Positions 48,321 to 63,272 of a stretch of DNA of 64,000 nt are shown in pieces. A model generated the notes under the pieces. That model did no database searches. It was not told where the DNA came from and saw only the letters and a program-made list of their open reading frames with translations. A program made the position numbers and the translations under genes. How positions within the stretch are numbered: the first letter of the stretch is position 1; every line of letters begins with the position of its first letter. Source of the DNA: Geosiphon pyriformis uo1 (taxonomy: Eukaryota > Fungi > Glomeromycota); assembly GCA_016748015.1 (NCBI GenBank), contig JAAOMT010000570.1, positions 314,043-378,042 on the forward strand, read 5' to 3'.

Positions 48321-50213
48321 TTACAATATACCACTGTCCCTCAATGCATTTTGTAAAATTGTTTCTTTTACGGCGGCAAACACTAATCTATTGAAACAAA
48401 ACAGAATTTTTAATAATCTCTCTTAGCCAGACATAAACATAAAATATATATAAAAGTTCAGCTCACCTTATCTGTTGGCATAAAGGCAATAATTAGTGAA
48501 GGAAAAAAAGAAATATTTCATAAGTAAAGACTAATTAGCCATGATATTTTTGAAAATATACGAGTTAACTTACATTTGAAGTGTCCGTAGCCTGTGTGAG
48601 ACTGTGATAAGAAATGAAATTAGTCATTTTTAGAAATATTTTTGAGCTATTGCAAACCGAATCATAATTTACTCACTGTGGATATATATTTAGGCGTGCA
48701 CGATTGGTTTGAGTGAATCGCCATAGTATGTATTTGGCGGCTTTGCCGATATCCGATCCACCTTTTATAAATTTTCAATATAAATAAATCAAAACTACGA
48801 ATATTTTATAATAGAAGCTTAAATCAAAGATGAAAAGAATTAAGTTTACCAGAATATTCGGGAAAAAAACCTTCAAGTGGTATTTCAGGTATTTTAGCCT
48901 TGAATAAATCTATTTTATTTAAAAATAAAATAATCGAGGTCCGCAAAAACCATCGGCTATTAATGACTGACTCGAATAAAACGAGACTTTCCGCCATGCG
49001 ATTCTAAATCCAAATATAAATAAAAAATTTCAGCAGCCTTTTAAATAGAAAAAAATTTCGATGGAAATCTCAATAATAATAATAATAAAAGCAGAAAAAC
49101 AATAAAAAATACCTGACCAGACTCTTCTAAAAGCACTTGGTTATATTCGCTTAATGCAACGCAAAATATGATAGATGTCACTGCTTCAAAGCAGTGAATC
49201 CATTTTTTTCGCTCGGAACGTTGTCCCCCAACATCAAACATGCTTAGAAAAGATTAAATTGTATTCTTAATAATAAATTTTCAATTATCAAATTCTTAAA
49301 AACAAACTTAGTATAAACATACTGTATATTGAGTTGCCCCATATTGAATCTTGTTTCGGAAATCCCTGTTGTCTTTGTTCGTGCCCGTAGAACATCATCT
49401 TCAACGGGAATATATGCGGGAGCACCAATTCTTCTTACATGTTTAAAAAAGCTTTGTATATAAAATTATTTTGGCTTAGTATTATAATTTTGGGCATTTT
49501 TTAAGTATTCAAAACAATCAACCTATAATAGATTAAGTTCTCCTCTGCATACTAACTATGGCGCTGAATCCATCAAATAAAATTGGGATTGCTTCCTCAG
49601 AACCTCTTTTATTATATCATCATTCCAAACGGAATCAATTGCCTCAACAATTTCAGGACTGAGCTGAAAAGTTGGATCAGATTCGACATAATAATCTAAT
49701 ATTTTTTCAGCGAAATGCTACAAGTGGTTTCACGTAAAAATTAATAGTGAAATTAGATTGATGATCTCTCTTAACGTCTAATGATCAAGAATTTTTACTT
49801 ACCGCATTTATTGGCTCTCGGGGTTCTAATTTAAATTTTTTAAGAGCAAGCACGATAGCTTGTGCTGAGTCTATTAAATTCTTATATACTGTTATTCGAT
49901 ACAAGGCTAGCTCTTCTTTTGTATATCCATTCTGGTGTATTATTTTCATCTGTTTCACTATAGTAGATTTTCCTGACTCCCCTGAACCTAAAATTTATAA
50001 ACAAATTTTTTAATCTCAAGACTTCTATGCTAAAGAAATTGAAAAAATGAAATCTATTTTTCCGCAAAATGAAATAGGACTTATGAATGGTTTACCTAGC
50101 AAAAGAATTTTACACTCTTTTCTCAGTTTTCGCCCATCCTCTTCTATTTGTTTGTCAATTTGATTACTACGTGCCCGATTTTCTTTCTCTTCCGCAGATA
50201 AACAGCAACCCAT
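48321..50213 (-). CDS. Heterotrimeric G-protein alpha subunit, fungal class III (Gpa2/GNA-3-like), multi-exon
   Basis: MGCCLS lipidation motif, [40 protein letters not shown]-terminal [12 protein letters not shown]. Confidence 0.95.
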
Positions 50214-50668
50214 AGTTTTTAGTACGCGAGTATAGGTAGAACGATGAAAGAAAAGTTTCAGTTTACTATTTGTCTGTGATATATTTATTTAAAAAAAGTA
50301 AAAGGGTTTTTAGAGATGTAGACAAGTTATTTTGAAATGAAAAGAGTGTCGCTGAAGTTTGTTTCGCGCGGTAAGCCTTAAGAGCTTCGACAATAAGGAA
50401 CTACTGTGTAACTAAAGTTCAATCAATAGTGCATACTGCTACCATTAATTGTAATAGATGATGGGCGGACAACCATTTTGATCATTTTCCTCGATCGACA
50501 TCATAATTGATAATTTGAAACTTTGGTGTCACAAGAACTAGCCATTTAAGTTCAAATACACATGTTACGAATTCCCAAATTACGTTACCGACTATTCTAT
50601 AGTTGATGAATTCAGAGGGTTTTCCAATTGTTATATTACCATAGAAAAAAGGCGATAAGTATAAAACA

Positions 50669-53600
50669 TTAGAAAAATGAATTTCCATCACGTTTTCTCT
50701 TTCCTTTTGATTTTTCATCGACTTCTCGAGACGTTGAAGCCTGAATTCTATAAAAAAATATAAAATTGTTTTATAATCCTTCCGTTAAGAAACAGAAGCG
50801 AAACCAACCTTTTTTCTGATATTAGCTTTTCAAAGATGACAATGTGTTTAGACGGAATAAAAGCCTGAAATTCGAGAATCAGGTTTTCATCATGATTCAT
50901 GAAAAGATTTCTCAATCTTTCAATGAGTTGTTCTATCTCTAGAGTCTTTTCTCGGTAGCTGGTCAGAATTTCCTGAAATTCCCTATAGCCATCCTTGCCA
51001 ACAATTTTTTTGACCTTTGACGAAAGAAAAAGGGTGAAAATTAGAAATGAATTGCAAAAATGAATTTCAGGCATTAATTAGCGAAAAAGTTTCCAAAGCG
51101 ACCGAAAGAAAGAAGTATTAGGCTTGGCTGAATCTATTGAGAGACTAGACAATTTACGCGGTTACCTTGATGAGATATCCTTTCGCATCTTGCACTTTAG
51201 CCACTTGCTCAAGATTTGTTGCGCCATCATGTTTAGGATATTTGGTTAAATTTGATAAAGACTCCTGGGGTTTTGTACTGTTTTTTTGCTTATCTAGGAG
51301 CATTCCTAATGTATTACGTTTGACAACTCGGGATTGTGTTAGCTGTTCGGTGGTAACGTTGAGATATTCTTGAGAATCGACGTTTAAAGTTTTACGCAAA
51401 TTTTCGGGCTTTTTTCTTCCGAGTGAAGTCGAAGACGCATTCTATCCAAAAAAAAAAAAAAAAAATCGAAATCAACTTTAGCTAAATGTAATGCCTGTAA
51501 AATCCGTTAAAGAGCTGCCAATGTGAAACTAACAATCTTGCAAAATGATTGCTCTTGCTTTCTAATACGAAGTAACGGTTTTTCAGACATTGATACCGTG
51601 TTGAAATCGTATTCAATTCTTTGAGATTTTCTCGTTTCTTCTGCCAATAAAATATTCGAAGAATTTTAGGTAAAAAAAATTAATTGAGAACTTGATTGTT
51701 GACCCTTTCCCGACCTGATGAAGCGAGTTTCAAACTGTTGGAGCGTAACGTCACTTTTTCAGATATGCAGACTTCCTCATTTTTATTAGAGACTCCAATA
51801 CTAACATCACTCTAATAAAGAAGATTGTTGTCAAGAAACTGCGCTTATAGCCTGACTTAAATTATCAAATGACTTGTATACAAATACCATCGTAAGGCTC
51901 ATTTCTTGAAAAAATTTCCAAAGACCTCCATGAAGATGGCCAAAATCATCAAAAACCTTCACGAGCGGTCGAACCCAAATTGACAACTGGTCAATGTAGG
52001 CAGGTGAAGCAAATCTAATCAAAATAAAGGAGTTATAACAAGAGAGAAAAATTGAAATTTTATTTTTTCTGAAATGTTACCTTTCATCACACAGAAGTAT
52101 AGCACCGTAATCTTTTCTGTGACGTATTACTCGCCCAAGGGCTAAGAAAGATCATTAATTTAGATAGTTTGAGGAGTTTTGAGAAATGATGAATAGTGAT
52201 TATGATCAGAAATTAATAACCTTGGTTTACAGCTCGTGCGGCTTGTTGTTTATACCATTCATCTCCAGAAAGAACCTAATGAAGCAATTAGTAACAATTT
52301 CATAGAGAAATTGGGATTTGGATCGAAGGGTTCAAGAGATTCCCACCTGTGATCGATTCCGCGATTGAAGACGTATTTCATCCAGATAACTGCGTTTTAA
52401 AACAACCTGTACAATACATAGTTAAATCATGGTCTTGGCATATTTAATTGAGCCATATTAACATAAGCTCAAAAAGATGGATTACTTTTGGATCCCGGTA
52501 AGGTGGAAAAGGTATACCGGTAATGACAACTGCTCTTCCTTTGGCATCGGAAAAATCGATACCCTCAGAGACCTTACCACGACATACTGCGAAGAAGATG
52601 GATCCAGAATTATTTTCAGAAATTTTTTTATTATATGTAGCCATCGTCTATTAATTGGAAAAAAATTTGTTGGTCAATAATTACCCGAAATTAAAAAATA
52701 ATGTGCCAAAAAATTTATTGTTACCCTGGCAAACTCCTGCTTGTTTGTTGGTTCCACAACTGGCTCTTTATTATGTGAAATTTCATCCCAAATAGTTGGT
52801 AATTTAGTTTGTTCCGCAGTCTAAAAACAGTTCTTTAATTGGGTCACATGCTATAGAAATCAGAGAGGTATTGTTTTATCACCTACTTTGTGTTTCCAAG
52901 TTTCAATGCATTCCCTCATATTGCTATATGAAGGGAAAAATACGATCAATCCATCAGGGACAATTTTGCTGAAATTAACTAATTTTTTGAAGTTGAATAT
53001 TAACTTATTAATCTAAAATCTTCAAATTGAATATGATAAACTTCAAAGATGTAAAATCTAACCTATTGTTCTTCCCAATTCTTTCTGATAGCTCGTGCTG
53101 TTTCTGGTATAAAAACTTGAATTTAAATGAATCCCACAGGGTCCATTTTTTAATACTCCAATAAAGGTTTGTTCAGATGATATTACATGAGACCCCTCTA
53201 ATTGTACCTTGAAATCGCTTCATAAACATTACAATTAAAGGCAGTAATTGAGATAGCATGATGAAAATGAAATTGGGCTTACATTTGAAATTCTGCTGCA
53301 AAAGAAGGCAATGGAGCCAAGGTCCCACTAGCAAGAATGATAGAACGACAATTTGCATTAACCAAATCTTTCATGACCAGCCCAGGACTAAAACACCAAA
53401 AGCTAAGAATTCTTCCTAAGAATAGAAAAGGGAGTGAGTCTCTTTGACGGTGTAGTATACAACTGGCAAATTGGAATTTTAGTTCGTTTAATATCCTGTA
53501 AAGAATGTATTTTGGATCCAAACCTTGGTGTTTGGTTGGTTGTGCTTGATTTTTAATGGGTTCTTGGCTGAACTGTGTTTTCCCATTTGATATATGCACC

Positions 53601-55506
53601 TAAAATTGAAAGTAAAAAATCAGAAGATTTACTTGGCAAATTTAATTTGAAATTACTTACTCTATAATATCTGGTATTAGGAGCGTTATCATCTTCATGG
53701 TGACCCAGAGCTTCTGTGAACATTATTTTGAAGCATGATAAGATATGATGCATCGAGCATCTGGAGTTACGCTTTTTATCAGAAACATCTAGATTCATTA
53801 AAAATTAATGATGTCATAGAAACCTTTCAGAATCTCTCAATATGTCAAGATTCACCTTATAGATATGGATACCTTTCATGAGAATATCTACTCCAGCCTC
53901 CATCATATTTCGAATATGATCAAATGTTGCGAGAGTGATGTGAGCCTAATTATACAATGGTGCTCAAGAAATAATTGGGCAAAAATTTACACGAGAAAAA
54001 CTGATATATCAAAGACAAAAGGGACAGTTTACTCTTCCAAATAATTCATAGATCCACTCGCCCGGTTTTGAGAATTCATCATTCGACGTTGGAATTTCAA
54101 GGATATTGAGCTCTTTCAGAAGTTTTTCAAGAATTTCTGAAAATAATTTTTTTTAAAAAAAAAAAAAAAACAAGATTTTTATCGCATGGAATCCGGAATA
54201 GAGTTGAAAGACAGCGCTTTAATTACCTTTGAGAAGTTTGAAATCTTCCTCTTTAATATCGTTTACATAGAGGGGGGATATTGCAACATCAACACAAAAC
54301 TTACATTCTGTGATGCATATTCGTAAATCCTCTGCACTTATCTCAAAAGAGGTAGCGTCACTACAGCTGCTTTCCTTTTTCGGGGAAATTAAAATGTTTA
54401 TTAACTACATCTCTTTATTAAAAATAATTAGGAATCATAAATCTTACTAGATTATGAGCCTCATCAAATATTAAAATAGCATTATCCAAATCAAGTTTTT
54501 GGGCGTTTCGAGAATTACCATCTATCAAATAATTGTATGGCAAAAATATTATCTCTGCTGTGTTTTGGTTTTCTTTTGATAGATAATATGGACATGCTCT
54601 GGATGAAAAAAAAGCAATTAGCGCTTGAGATTCTATTTCGTGAAAATTTATTTGGCAAACTCTTACACTTTTCTGCTACCAAATGCGACTAAATCTTCAA
54701 TATCCAAAATTTCACCATCAAACTCAGGAAGTATTTTTACAGCTAAATTTTGAAATTTTAATAAGATATAAAATATATAATTTTATTGGAAATTAATCGA
54801 ACTTTTTCATATGACTCACCTTCTACTCCTTTGATGTATTGACACTGATTTTTTTTGACTTTGTCACGACATAAAGCAGTTCGGGCAGCGTTTGATGAGA
54901 CTTTGGTAACTAAAGGATTGATGCACATTTGTTCTCTTGATCCCAAAATGCACATCCTAGGACTTAATGTTGTAAAAAAAGGGTCAGTGTTAATAAGCAA
55001 GAAAAATTTAACAAAGGGATCCTGTAACAATCGAGAAAATTATGCCTATAGTCTGATTTCTTTAGCTCGTTGATGGCTTGAGATAGTTGTGAATGAGTAC
55101 GAGAGGCATAATATATAATTGGAGCTGGTCGGGAATAATCCTCTTTAGAAAAAGATGAATTAAAATGAGTTATTAAAAGAAGAAATGAGATGTGGGAAAA
55201 ATTTATACCTTTTTCTGGGTTCCTTGTTACAGCAGCGTTTAGATCATCAAGTAATGTTTTATGAAAAGTTTCAGGTACATTATCCCTCATATAATATTCC
55301 AATTGTTGACGAGCAAGGTACGCTTCTCGCCAAGCTAGCGCAGCGCATAATAAACACAGTGTCTTTCCTGTCCCGGTTGGACTTTCGAGAAGCGCATTCG
55401 ATTGAGTTTGCAAACTAGTAACAAGTTTTTGCATGAGCTGCTGCTGACAGCTATACGCATTAAAAGGAAAATATACTTTGAGTGAATTGATGTTGTATTC
55501 CGGCAT
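50669..55506 (-). CDS. RTEL1: RTEL1-like XPD-family Fe-S DEAH helicase with C-terminal harmonin-N-like domain, multi-exon
   Basis: [24 protein letters not shown]...[74 protein letters not shown]. Helical C-terminal module ending [11 protein letters not shown]. Confidence 0.88.
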
Positions 55507-55557
55507 AGCAGAGAAACGAGTTTTTTTTTAGTTGGATTGTCAAAATGTTATTAGAAT

Positions 55558-55575
55558 CGCGACTAGTTAACGCGT
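55558..55575. promoter_or_regulatory. Candidate MCB/cell-cycle element upstream of the RTEL1-like gene
   Basis: ACGCGT (55570-55575) and a CGCG core ~50-70 bp upstream of the ATG in CpG-poor DNA. Confidence 0.4.
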
Positions 55576-55868
55576 CAGTCTGCAATCAACAATAATTCCT
55601 AACTGCTTCAAAAACATTCCGGAAAATGCCAATATCTCTTCCGAAATTTCTGTTGCACACAAATGCATCATGTCTTTTATTGACCACTACATCCTGCCAA
55701 TTAAATATCCGTTTATTCAATAATTTAAAAACTCATTCCAATATTATTATACAAATTATAGCTTTATGAATACTAGTATAGGCATAAATCGGGTAAAACA
55801 AAAGTTTTAATTTGAATTCGAATAATGTACATGCCTCCCAAGATCCCATTAATTTACCTGCATTTAAT

Positions 55869-58800
55869 TTAGACGGATAACGTTCCGAGACGTTTTACAT
55901 GTGGTAAATTCAGCCTGATAAAAGCAATTAAGTAATTTAATAAAATAACTAATTTAATTTTCAAACGACAATGATAATAATTCATGAGACATACCATCCC
56001 GGCAAGTAATTATCAGCTGGCTGGATCTCACGAGGTGTCGGGACTTCAAATGGTCCCGAGTCCTCTAAAGGAGTTGTGTCCAATAACAAAATATCAGTTT
56101 TATCGTTGGCGACTACACGGCTTGCTACTGCTTTAAGAATTTCGGGACTAATTGGATTCTGTGATAAAGGTTAAGATTGGTAATGCTTAATTGCTAGAAT
56201 TAGGCTTAAATCAAAACTATAATCAAATTAGAATACCTCATAATCGGCAACAAAATAATGACTAATTAGCTTTTGAATCTGTGTCGGTGTCAACATCCAA
56301 CAGACATCATAGATAATCTCAATATCCCCTAATGTAGCCTATGATAAAAAAAGTGAAATGAATGATTTAAATTTATATGAGGAATCCAATCAAACTGTAC
56401 CTTTTTGAGTTGTAACAGTTTCGTAGCTTGCATTAAATGCTCCAGTTGAAGAGTCCCTTCTGGCATATCATGACTTTTGCACCATTCCTCAATACGAGTA
56501 ATGTTGTATTGAATTTGCATGGCTATCAAAAAAAATTAGATTTCTGAATAAATTTTTGGCAAGCAGGAACAGGATTCAAAATAACATTTTATTCACCTCG
56601 TTTCCAAGAACAGAAATTACGTCTAAAATAGATTGTATTGATGAAAGATTAGCTTTTTGTATGTAATGAAATTTAATGATTTTTGGTTAAACACTTGCCT
56701 CATTAATAAATCATTAAACGAAGTAACTCCAATAAGTTTTAATAATTCGGTGACAACTTGTTGAACAACTGACATTTCTACATAATATGATTTCATAGCT
56801 TTCCATACTTTGTTCAAGAAATTGAGTAAATCATCCATGCTGAAAGCAGGAGTGCTTGGGCCTGTGATGTATTTGGTGAGGAAACGATTTTCGCTTGTAA
56901 TGAAACCAGGTAATGATTGACTTTCAATCACAGCAGGAATAACCATCTTGAATAAGCGTTTTTTAAGTTCTTTCATCCATGTATGATAGATATTATACTC
57001 AAGACTTTCTAGATCATGTTTGACTATTGAAACCAATCTTTCATAGTCATGCCATTCAAAGACCCGACCAGATGATTCAGCAGCTGGATTGATACCATGT
57101 AACATGTCTCTCTCGGCCAAACTAGCAAATGATAATAATTCATGTACATTTGATAACCAATAAGCTCCTGGAAGAATGGCCTCCTCTCCTTGATAATCCT
57201 ATATATTATTGTTCATCATGAAATTTAGCAAATGAGAGATCTACATTAAAAATAAAATTCATATCAAAAAGGGACGTTTTTTTGTTTTTTTTTACATACC
57301 ATTACGTGGTTTTGTATTGTTTTCATTACGTTGGCAAACAATCTTTCGGACTCTTTAATAAATCCATATTTCCACATTTGTTTCGCCAACAGACCAATCA
57401 ATCGAGCAGGGAAAAGAATTTCTTTCTGTAATGGAGGACTTTGTAGACTTGGGAGGGGTATTTTGAGATTTTTGATCAATCCATTGATAACTTCATCATC
57501 AAGAGTTTCTTCGTCTTCGAGAATTTTGGTAATCTAACAATGAAAAAGAAAAATACATGATCCTAAGAGATCAAAAGATCGATAATGTCTATGAAAAGAT
57601 GTTTTAAAAATGGGTTTATATTAAAATTACCTCATATTCAGGATCGTCTTCTACGTTAGGTAAAATACGTCCACCTGATGATCTTATTATCTTTGGTAAT
57701 TGAGCATACGATACAGAGACCGCACGGTGAGCTGTTTTTTTCGCGTCTGCTATCATTAAATCCATTGACGTTTTGTGTTTGCGTTTGGCAAGTTCTTGTA
57801 AACCCAGAGATTCTGCTGAACTATGTCTACGCGCCCTTCTTTTTTGCGATGGAGGTTTAAGGCTAGCAGCGCTAGATGTGGCTAATTGCCTTTCTTGGCG
57901 TTCCTGTCTCTGAGCTGGGGGTGGTGGTGATGTTCCTCTGGCGCTGCTTCTAATCTTAGTCAATTGTTCTTTGAGATTAGCTATTTCAACTTTAAGTGCA
58001 AGAACAGTGGCCGGATCTTCTGTCCCTTTATATTTGGCAGTGGTCGCTCTTAATTTGGCAACCTCGTCATCTTTTTTCCCAAGTTCACTAGTGAGACGTT
58101 GTATCTCCGTGTCTTGATTCTTAATCTTATCTAACGAGTTCCTGAATCGGGTTTCAAGGGTTTCCTTTTCGGTGAGAAGATTCTTATATTCATTAGGAGA
58201 GACCATTGTCTCTTTAGCTTCCATTGTTTCCCGTTTGAAAGACTTAGAATCGGCTTCTAATCTCTCATATTTATCAGTCCATGTACGAATTTGATTTTCT
58301 AACGTTGCATTTCTCGCCTCCAACACTTTATTCTCTTGGGATTTGTTTTCTAAACCTTGGGTGAGTTCAATAACTTTATTCTCAAGTTTGTAAGACACTT
58401 CTTTGAAATGAGAAGCTGATCGCGCTTCTATCTTTAATTTTTGCAATTCTTTTCGAGCCAATCTTCGACGCAAGCAAGATTGCATGAAGATAATACTCTT
58501 AAGTGTTGCCTTATATTCACGTCTGGCACTCCTTGAGAACAGGAATAAAATAAATTGTTTGAAACAGTTATAAAATCACATCCATTAACATTGTTGCCGA
58601 AAGATTTTTCATCAAAAATGGAAACAATTTCAATTTACCGTCCACGATAGACCTTTTGAATTTTAGTGGCTGCTGCATCACGACGTAAAAGTTCATATCT
58701 GTGTCGCGCCAAAACACTGCGAACAGCTAGATTTCACGATATTAAAGAAATGAACATGGTTAGTATTGACTTTGTTTCTATAAAAGGAAAAAGATTTATT

Positions 58801-61800
58801 AGCATCACGAAACCTGTTTGTAATAGATGAATTGCTTTTTGGGCCCGTAGATAACGTTTTCTTTGAACGGCACATCTCCAATTCTTTTGTATGATAATAG
58901 CAGATCTATATTCTCGGAGTCTTTTGAGCTCGTCCATGGCAATGCGTCTACGACCTACTGATTGTAATTTGATTGTCGTTGCTATCAAAGCTTGGTATCT
59001 CTTTTGATGCATATGTCTTAACATATTCTTTTGCATTAAAGTGACACATTCGTTCAATCGGTCGGAACGAAGTTTCTCCAAATAGGCCAGCTAAAAAAGA
59101 TGGAGTGAAAAATTTCATTTCAAATGAATTTAACTGATGAAACTATACAATATTAAGCAATTTAAATTCAAAAAACTTACCATTCCTGCACGAAAAAAAA
59201 TCTTTGTTTCACCAACTTGAAACTTGTCGGGATCCTTAATTGAGGCGCCTAGAATTGTGGAACATAATTTTCGAGGTTCCGGAACCCAATGTTGAGAACG
59301 AACAAGCATATAAAACCTAAGAAAAAAAGCCTTTATAAACTTTTTCTAGGCGTTTCATTCAATATACTTGAGAAAATAATTTTATTAAGAATACCTTGTG
59401 ACAAATTCATCGAATGTCCATCTTGTTGGATATCCAGCACAACTGATACGAATTGTCTCTAAAACACCACAAGCACGAAGTTGTGAAAGAACCATTGGCG
59501 GTTCAAATTTCCAAGCGACTTTTGCTTCATTCGGTTTTATGCATCTGATATAGTGAACATTGGTGGAATTAATGGTCTCCATAAGACTGATCAAGGAACT
59601 CTTTATTTAAAAAAAAAAAAGAAAAAGAGGTACAATATTAGAACCAAAAAACAGGTTCATAGTATATGATCATTTTAAGCTTTACCTTAAAAATAGAACC
59701 AAGCGTGGGTTTCTTCGCGATAAGACTGCTCCGTTTCCCTTCTGTCTGATAGATTTGTCATGTAATGAAATTATCAACGATCCAATCCGAAGAGCAATAG
59801 GAAATTTAATCATTTATATCCCCAAGTTCCGGGAGCATTAAAGAATAGTAATATTTCATTCGTAAAAAGAAGTTCACCTTAACAGTAGGAGATGTTGGTG
59901 TTGCCCCTTTGGTAATAACATCCTCCAGAAATTCAAAATCGGTATTTTTTAAAAGAGTCAAATGTTCATCTGGTACAGTATCTTTATTCTTTTCCAAAAA
60001 TCCTTCAACATCGTATGTGACATCATGTGCATAATGACTGACCGTAAATTGGTTAGTAGCAAATCGTGGTTTTTGAAAATAATTTTTGTAAGTGGGTGTT
60101 GCAAAATTCTGATAAAGTTTGTTGCACCAAGTAAGGTCAGTTCCTGCTGGCAATCGACTTTCCTAACAACGAATTTATCAAGATTCGTTAAATTTATGAA
60201 AAATAAATTTTTCAACAGATAGCAAAAGATTGGGGATCAAAGTCTTAAAAACATATCTCACCTCATCCAAAAGTGAAAGTATGCCGATTTTACCCTCGAT
60301 CATCTCTATACATGGTTGGTTATCGCTAAATTCAATGAAGGTCCAGTTAATTTTCTCACGAACATATTCCTGGGTAAATAGAAAAATCATAAAAAATTAT
60401 TTTCCATCTAATCAACTATCATTTGTTCGTAAGAAAAGGCAAAATTTTCATTGCTTGTATGAGATTTTTACCTCTTGTTCCAATTTAAAAACGTGCTGAT
60501 TAAACTGTATAAGATTGAAAGAAAAATTAAGATTTTAAATTTTTCATGATTGAATTATTAACAAAGAAGAAAGGGCTGGTTATTGAAAAAATATGACTGC
60601 GAACCTGTTGTTGTAATTTTTCATTTGCATAATTAATGCAAAATTGCTCAAAAGAATTTTTTTTAAAGTGTTCAAAACCATAAATATCAAGGACACCGAT
60701 GAATGTGCACACATTTTTTTGTACTTTTTCATCGGATAAACATTCATTTGTCATGCTAACCAGCCAATCGAATAAATTGGCATAAATATATTTGGCAACT
60801 GAATCACGCACAATAGTCGCTTGTGTCGCATTCAAATCTGTGATAATCTTTTCGGATCGAGTGATAATCTGTTTCTTGATGATCCACTTACAAAATTCTG
60901 ATTTCTTAATTCCCAATAATTTTGAAGCTGTTCCAAGGGCAGCATCGTTCTCCAATAGTACAGCTTTATCTCGTTGTGCGGTAATTTGAATGTTACCGAG
61001 ATGTAAAAGAGCGGCGAGCAATTTGAAAATCTGCCATTGTAACTCAATGGTGATACCAATAGTAGATAAGGCCTTTTGAGTAATTTCAAATTCCTGCGCA
61101 TCATCAACACCTGGAATTGTACCTTGTCCACCTTGTCTCAAATAGAAGAATTGTTTAAAATCGCCAAGTTCCAAATTTTTTTTCTCGGAAGGCGGTGCAC
61201 CGGCACAAAGCTTTGGAGAAAGAAAAAACTTGTTAAAACAATGTTATTATTAAAAAATGTGAACAGATTTTTGCGACATACCTGATAAAAAATGTGATAA
61301 TTTCTTTCGGAATCGGGTTGATAGATTAGCCGTGAGCGTTCTAAAAGATAAGTTCGAATTTTGGCGCCTATAATATTTGTTTCTGTGTCGAATTGAATCT
61401 AGAAAAAAAAAAAAAAAAGAGTTTATAACTCTTGAGAATATGAAAAAAATCAGAAAGGCTAAAATGAAGCACACTGACCTCTAGATATTTTCCGAATCTA
61501 GAACTATTATCGTTTCTAGTAGTTTTCGCATTTCCAAAAGACTCCATAATTGGATTGGTAGCTTAAATTTTATTGATGTAAAAAAATAAATAAATAAATT
61601 AAAAAGACAATCAAGCTTTAAATTGAAATCAATTTTTTCTGATAATGTAAAAGATGGTTAATTAATTTCTCGAGATAAATATTAACCTAAAATTTGTTCC
61701 TCAACTTCACTCATCCCTGAAGCATTTGTTATTTTCTTGCGATTTGGTCTATCTTTGTCGTCGACCGATGCAAAATATCGCATAATAAATTTGGCACTCG

Positions 61801-62771
61801 CAGTTTTACCAGCTCCACTATGTACATTGAGATTTATTTATTTATTTTTTCAAAAAGAATATTAAAATTAAATAATCAAATAAATTTATACATGAATCAA
61901 AAAAAAATGATTCACAAAACCTTTCACCAGACACAACGATTGTTTGATTGTGATTATCCCTAAGCATATGACGGTAAGCATCTTCGGCAATAGCAAATAA
62001 ATGCGGCTCTAATTCTCCTGGTCGTTTGCCAGAGTAGGCTTGTATGATATCTTGTGAGTATAATGAAACGTTTTGAAAGGGATTGGTGGCGATCAAGACA
62101 ATCCCGGAATACGTATAGATATTACGTTGAAGATAACGCGTTTTGATCGTATGGAGCACTGATTGGAAAAGTTATCATGAGATAATGGGAAGATCTATTG
62201 ATATCTTATGTTTTTACATTATTTGAAAATCACAATTTATTTATTTATTTATTTATTTTTAATCTGTGTCTTTACAAACCTGCAGGTTCATTCAAGTAAC
62301 TAAGACTGGTCAAATCATCTACTGCCTCTAACATAGGAGGATTACGAAGAGGAGGCAGACCGGCATTATTTGTAGATTTTAATTTGCTCAAGGTAGTCTC
62401 GACAACAACATCCTATCGAAAAAACATCAAAGGCACCCAAATTTGAGGTAGGTAGGAAGGTAAGTCCTTTATTTTGAAATTTGGTTACCTCTAATTATAA
62501 ATAATGATAATGAAGTTCTTTGAAACTATTAAAACCACTATAAATTTTGCATTTCTTATTACTCTCGTTCTTTCATAGGAAACCTTTAAGGAAGAAAACA
62601 AAAAAACTTGAACTTTGAGACTACCTTGCCCTGCTCTGTCCTGAAGGAGAGTTTAACTTTATCTCCTGAGACATCTTTTGTAGATAATGCACCGCTTATC
62701 CAGCCCTCTTTTTCATCTGGGAACCATACTGCTGTTCCCTTAACATAAACCTCTAAAGAATGTGAGGCCAT
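55869..62771 (-). CDS. MYO2: Class V myosin (Myo2-like): motor, IQ repeats, coiled coil, DIL cargo domain; multi-exon
   Basis: [49 protein letters not shown] motifs, [27 protein letters not shown]. Confidence 0.96.
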
Positions 62772-63272
62772 CTTTTTGGTAGATTAGGATATGGGTTCAC
62801 CTGGAAGAACAGGATGAACGATCAATTAATTAATTGTTTAATTTTTTAACACAATTGTCACCCTCCGGGCGCAGTTTTATCAATGATTGCACGACTTCGC
62901 ATTATTGGGAACGATACCCACTCTCCCGTTCTGTAGCACAGCCAAACAACAACGCCTTTGCAAATTTATTTTTAATATCAGATTTAAGATTATCATTTCT
63001 GATAGCCATGAGCCTTTTGATTTCATATTTCCATTTTTAAATTAATACTTTATCATTCGAGAATCACAAGATTTTGGCTATTTTTAAAAGTGTAAATAAG
63101 ATTTTGGTGGAAAAAGACCGAAATATTGTTTATCCAATAGTGAATTTTAATGCTAAATAAAAATAAAATTAATTTGGGTAATATAAAAGTGAAAAATTTG
63201 TAAAATCGCGTATCTAACTGGCTTGATTTAACATATATGATTACATTTGAGAATTGTGTTAGTGAAAAAATT

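Noticed and set aside
50362-50369. E2F/SCB-like TTTCGCGC upstream of G-alpha
   Set aside because: A single short motif; not supportable from sequence alone.
53793-53872. Possible U12-type intron in the RTEL1-like gene (donor GTATCCAT)
   Set aside because: One mismatch to RTATCCTT and no convincing TCCTTAAC branch point; it would need PWM scoring.
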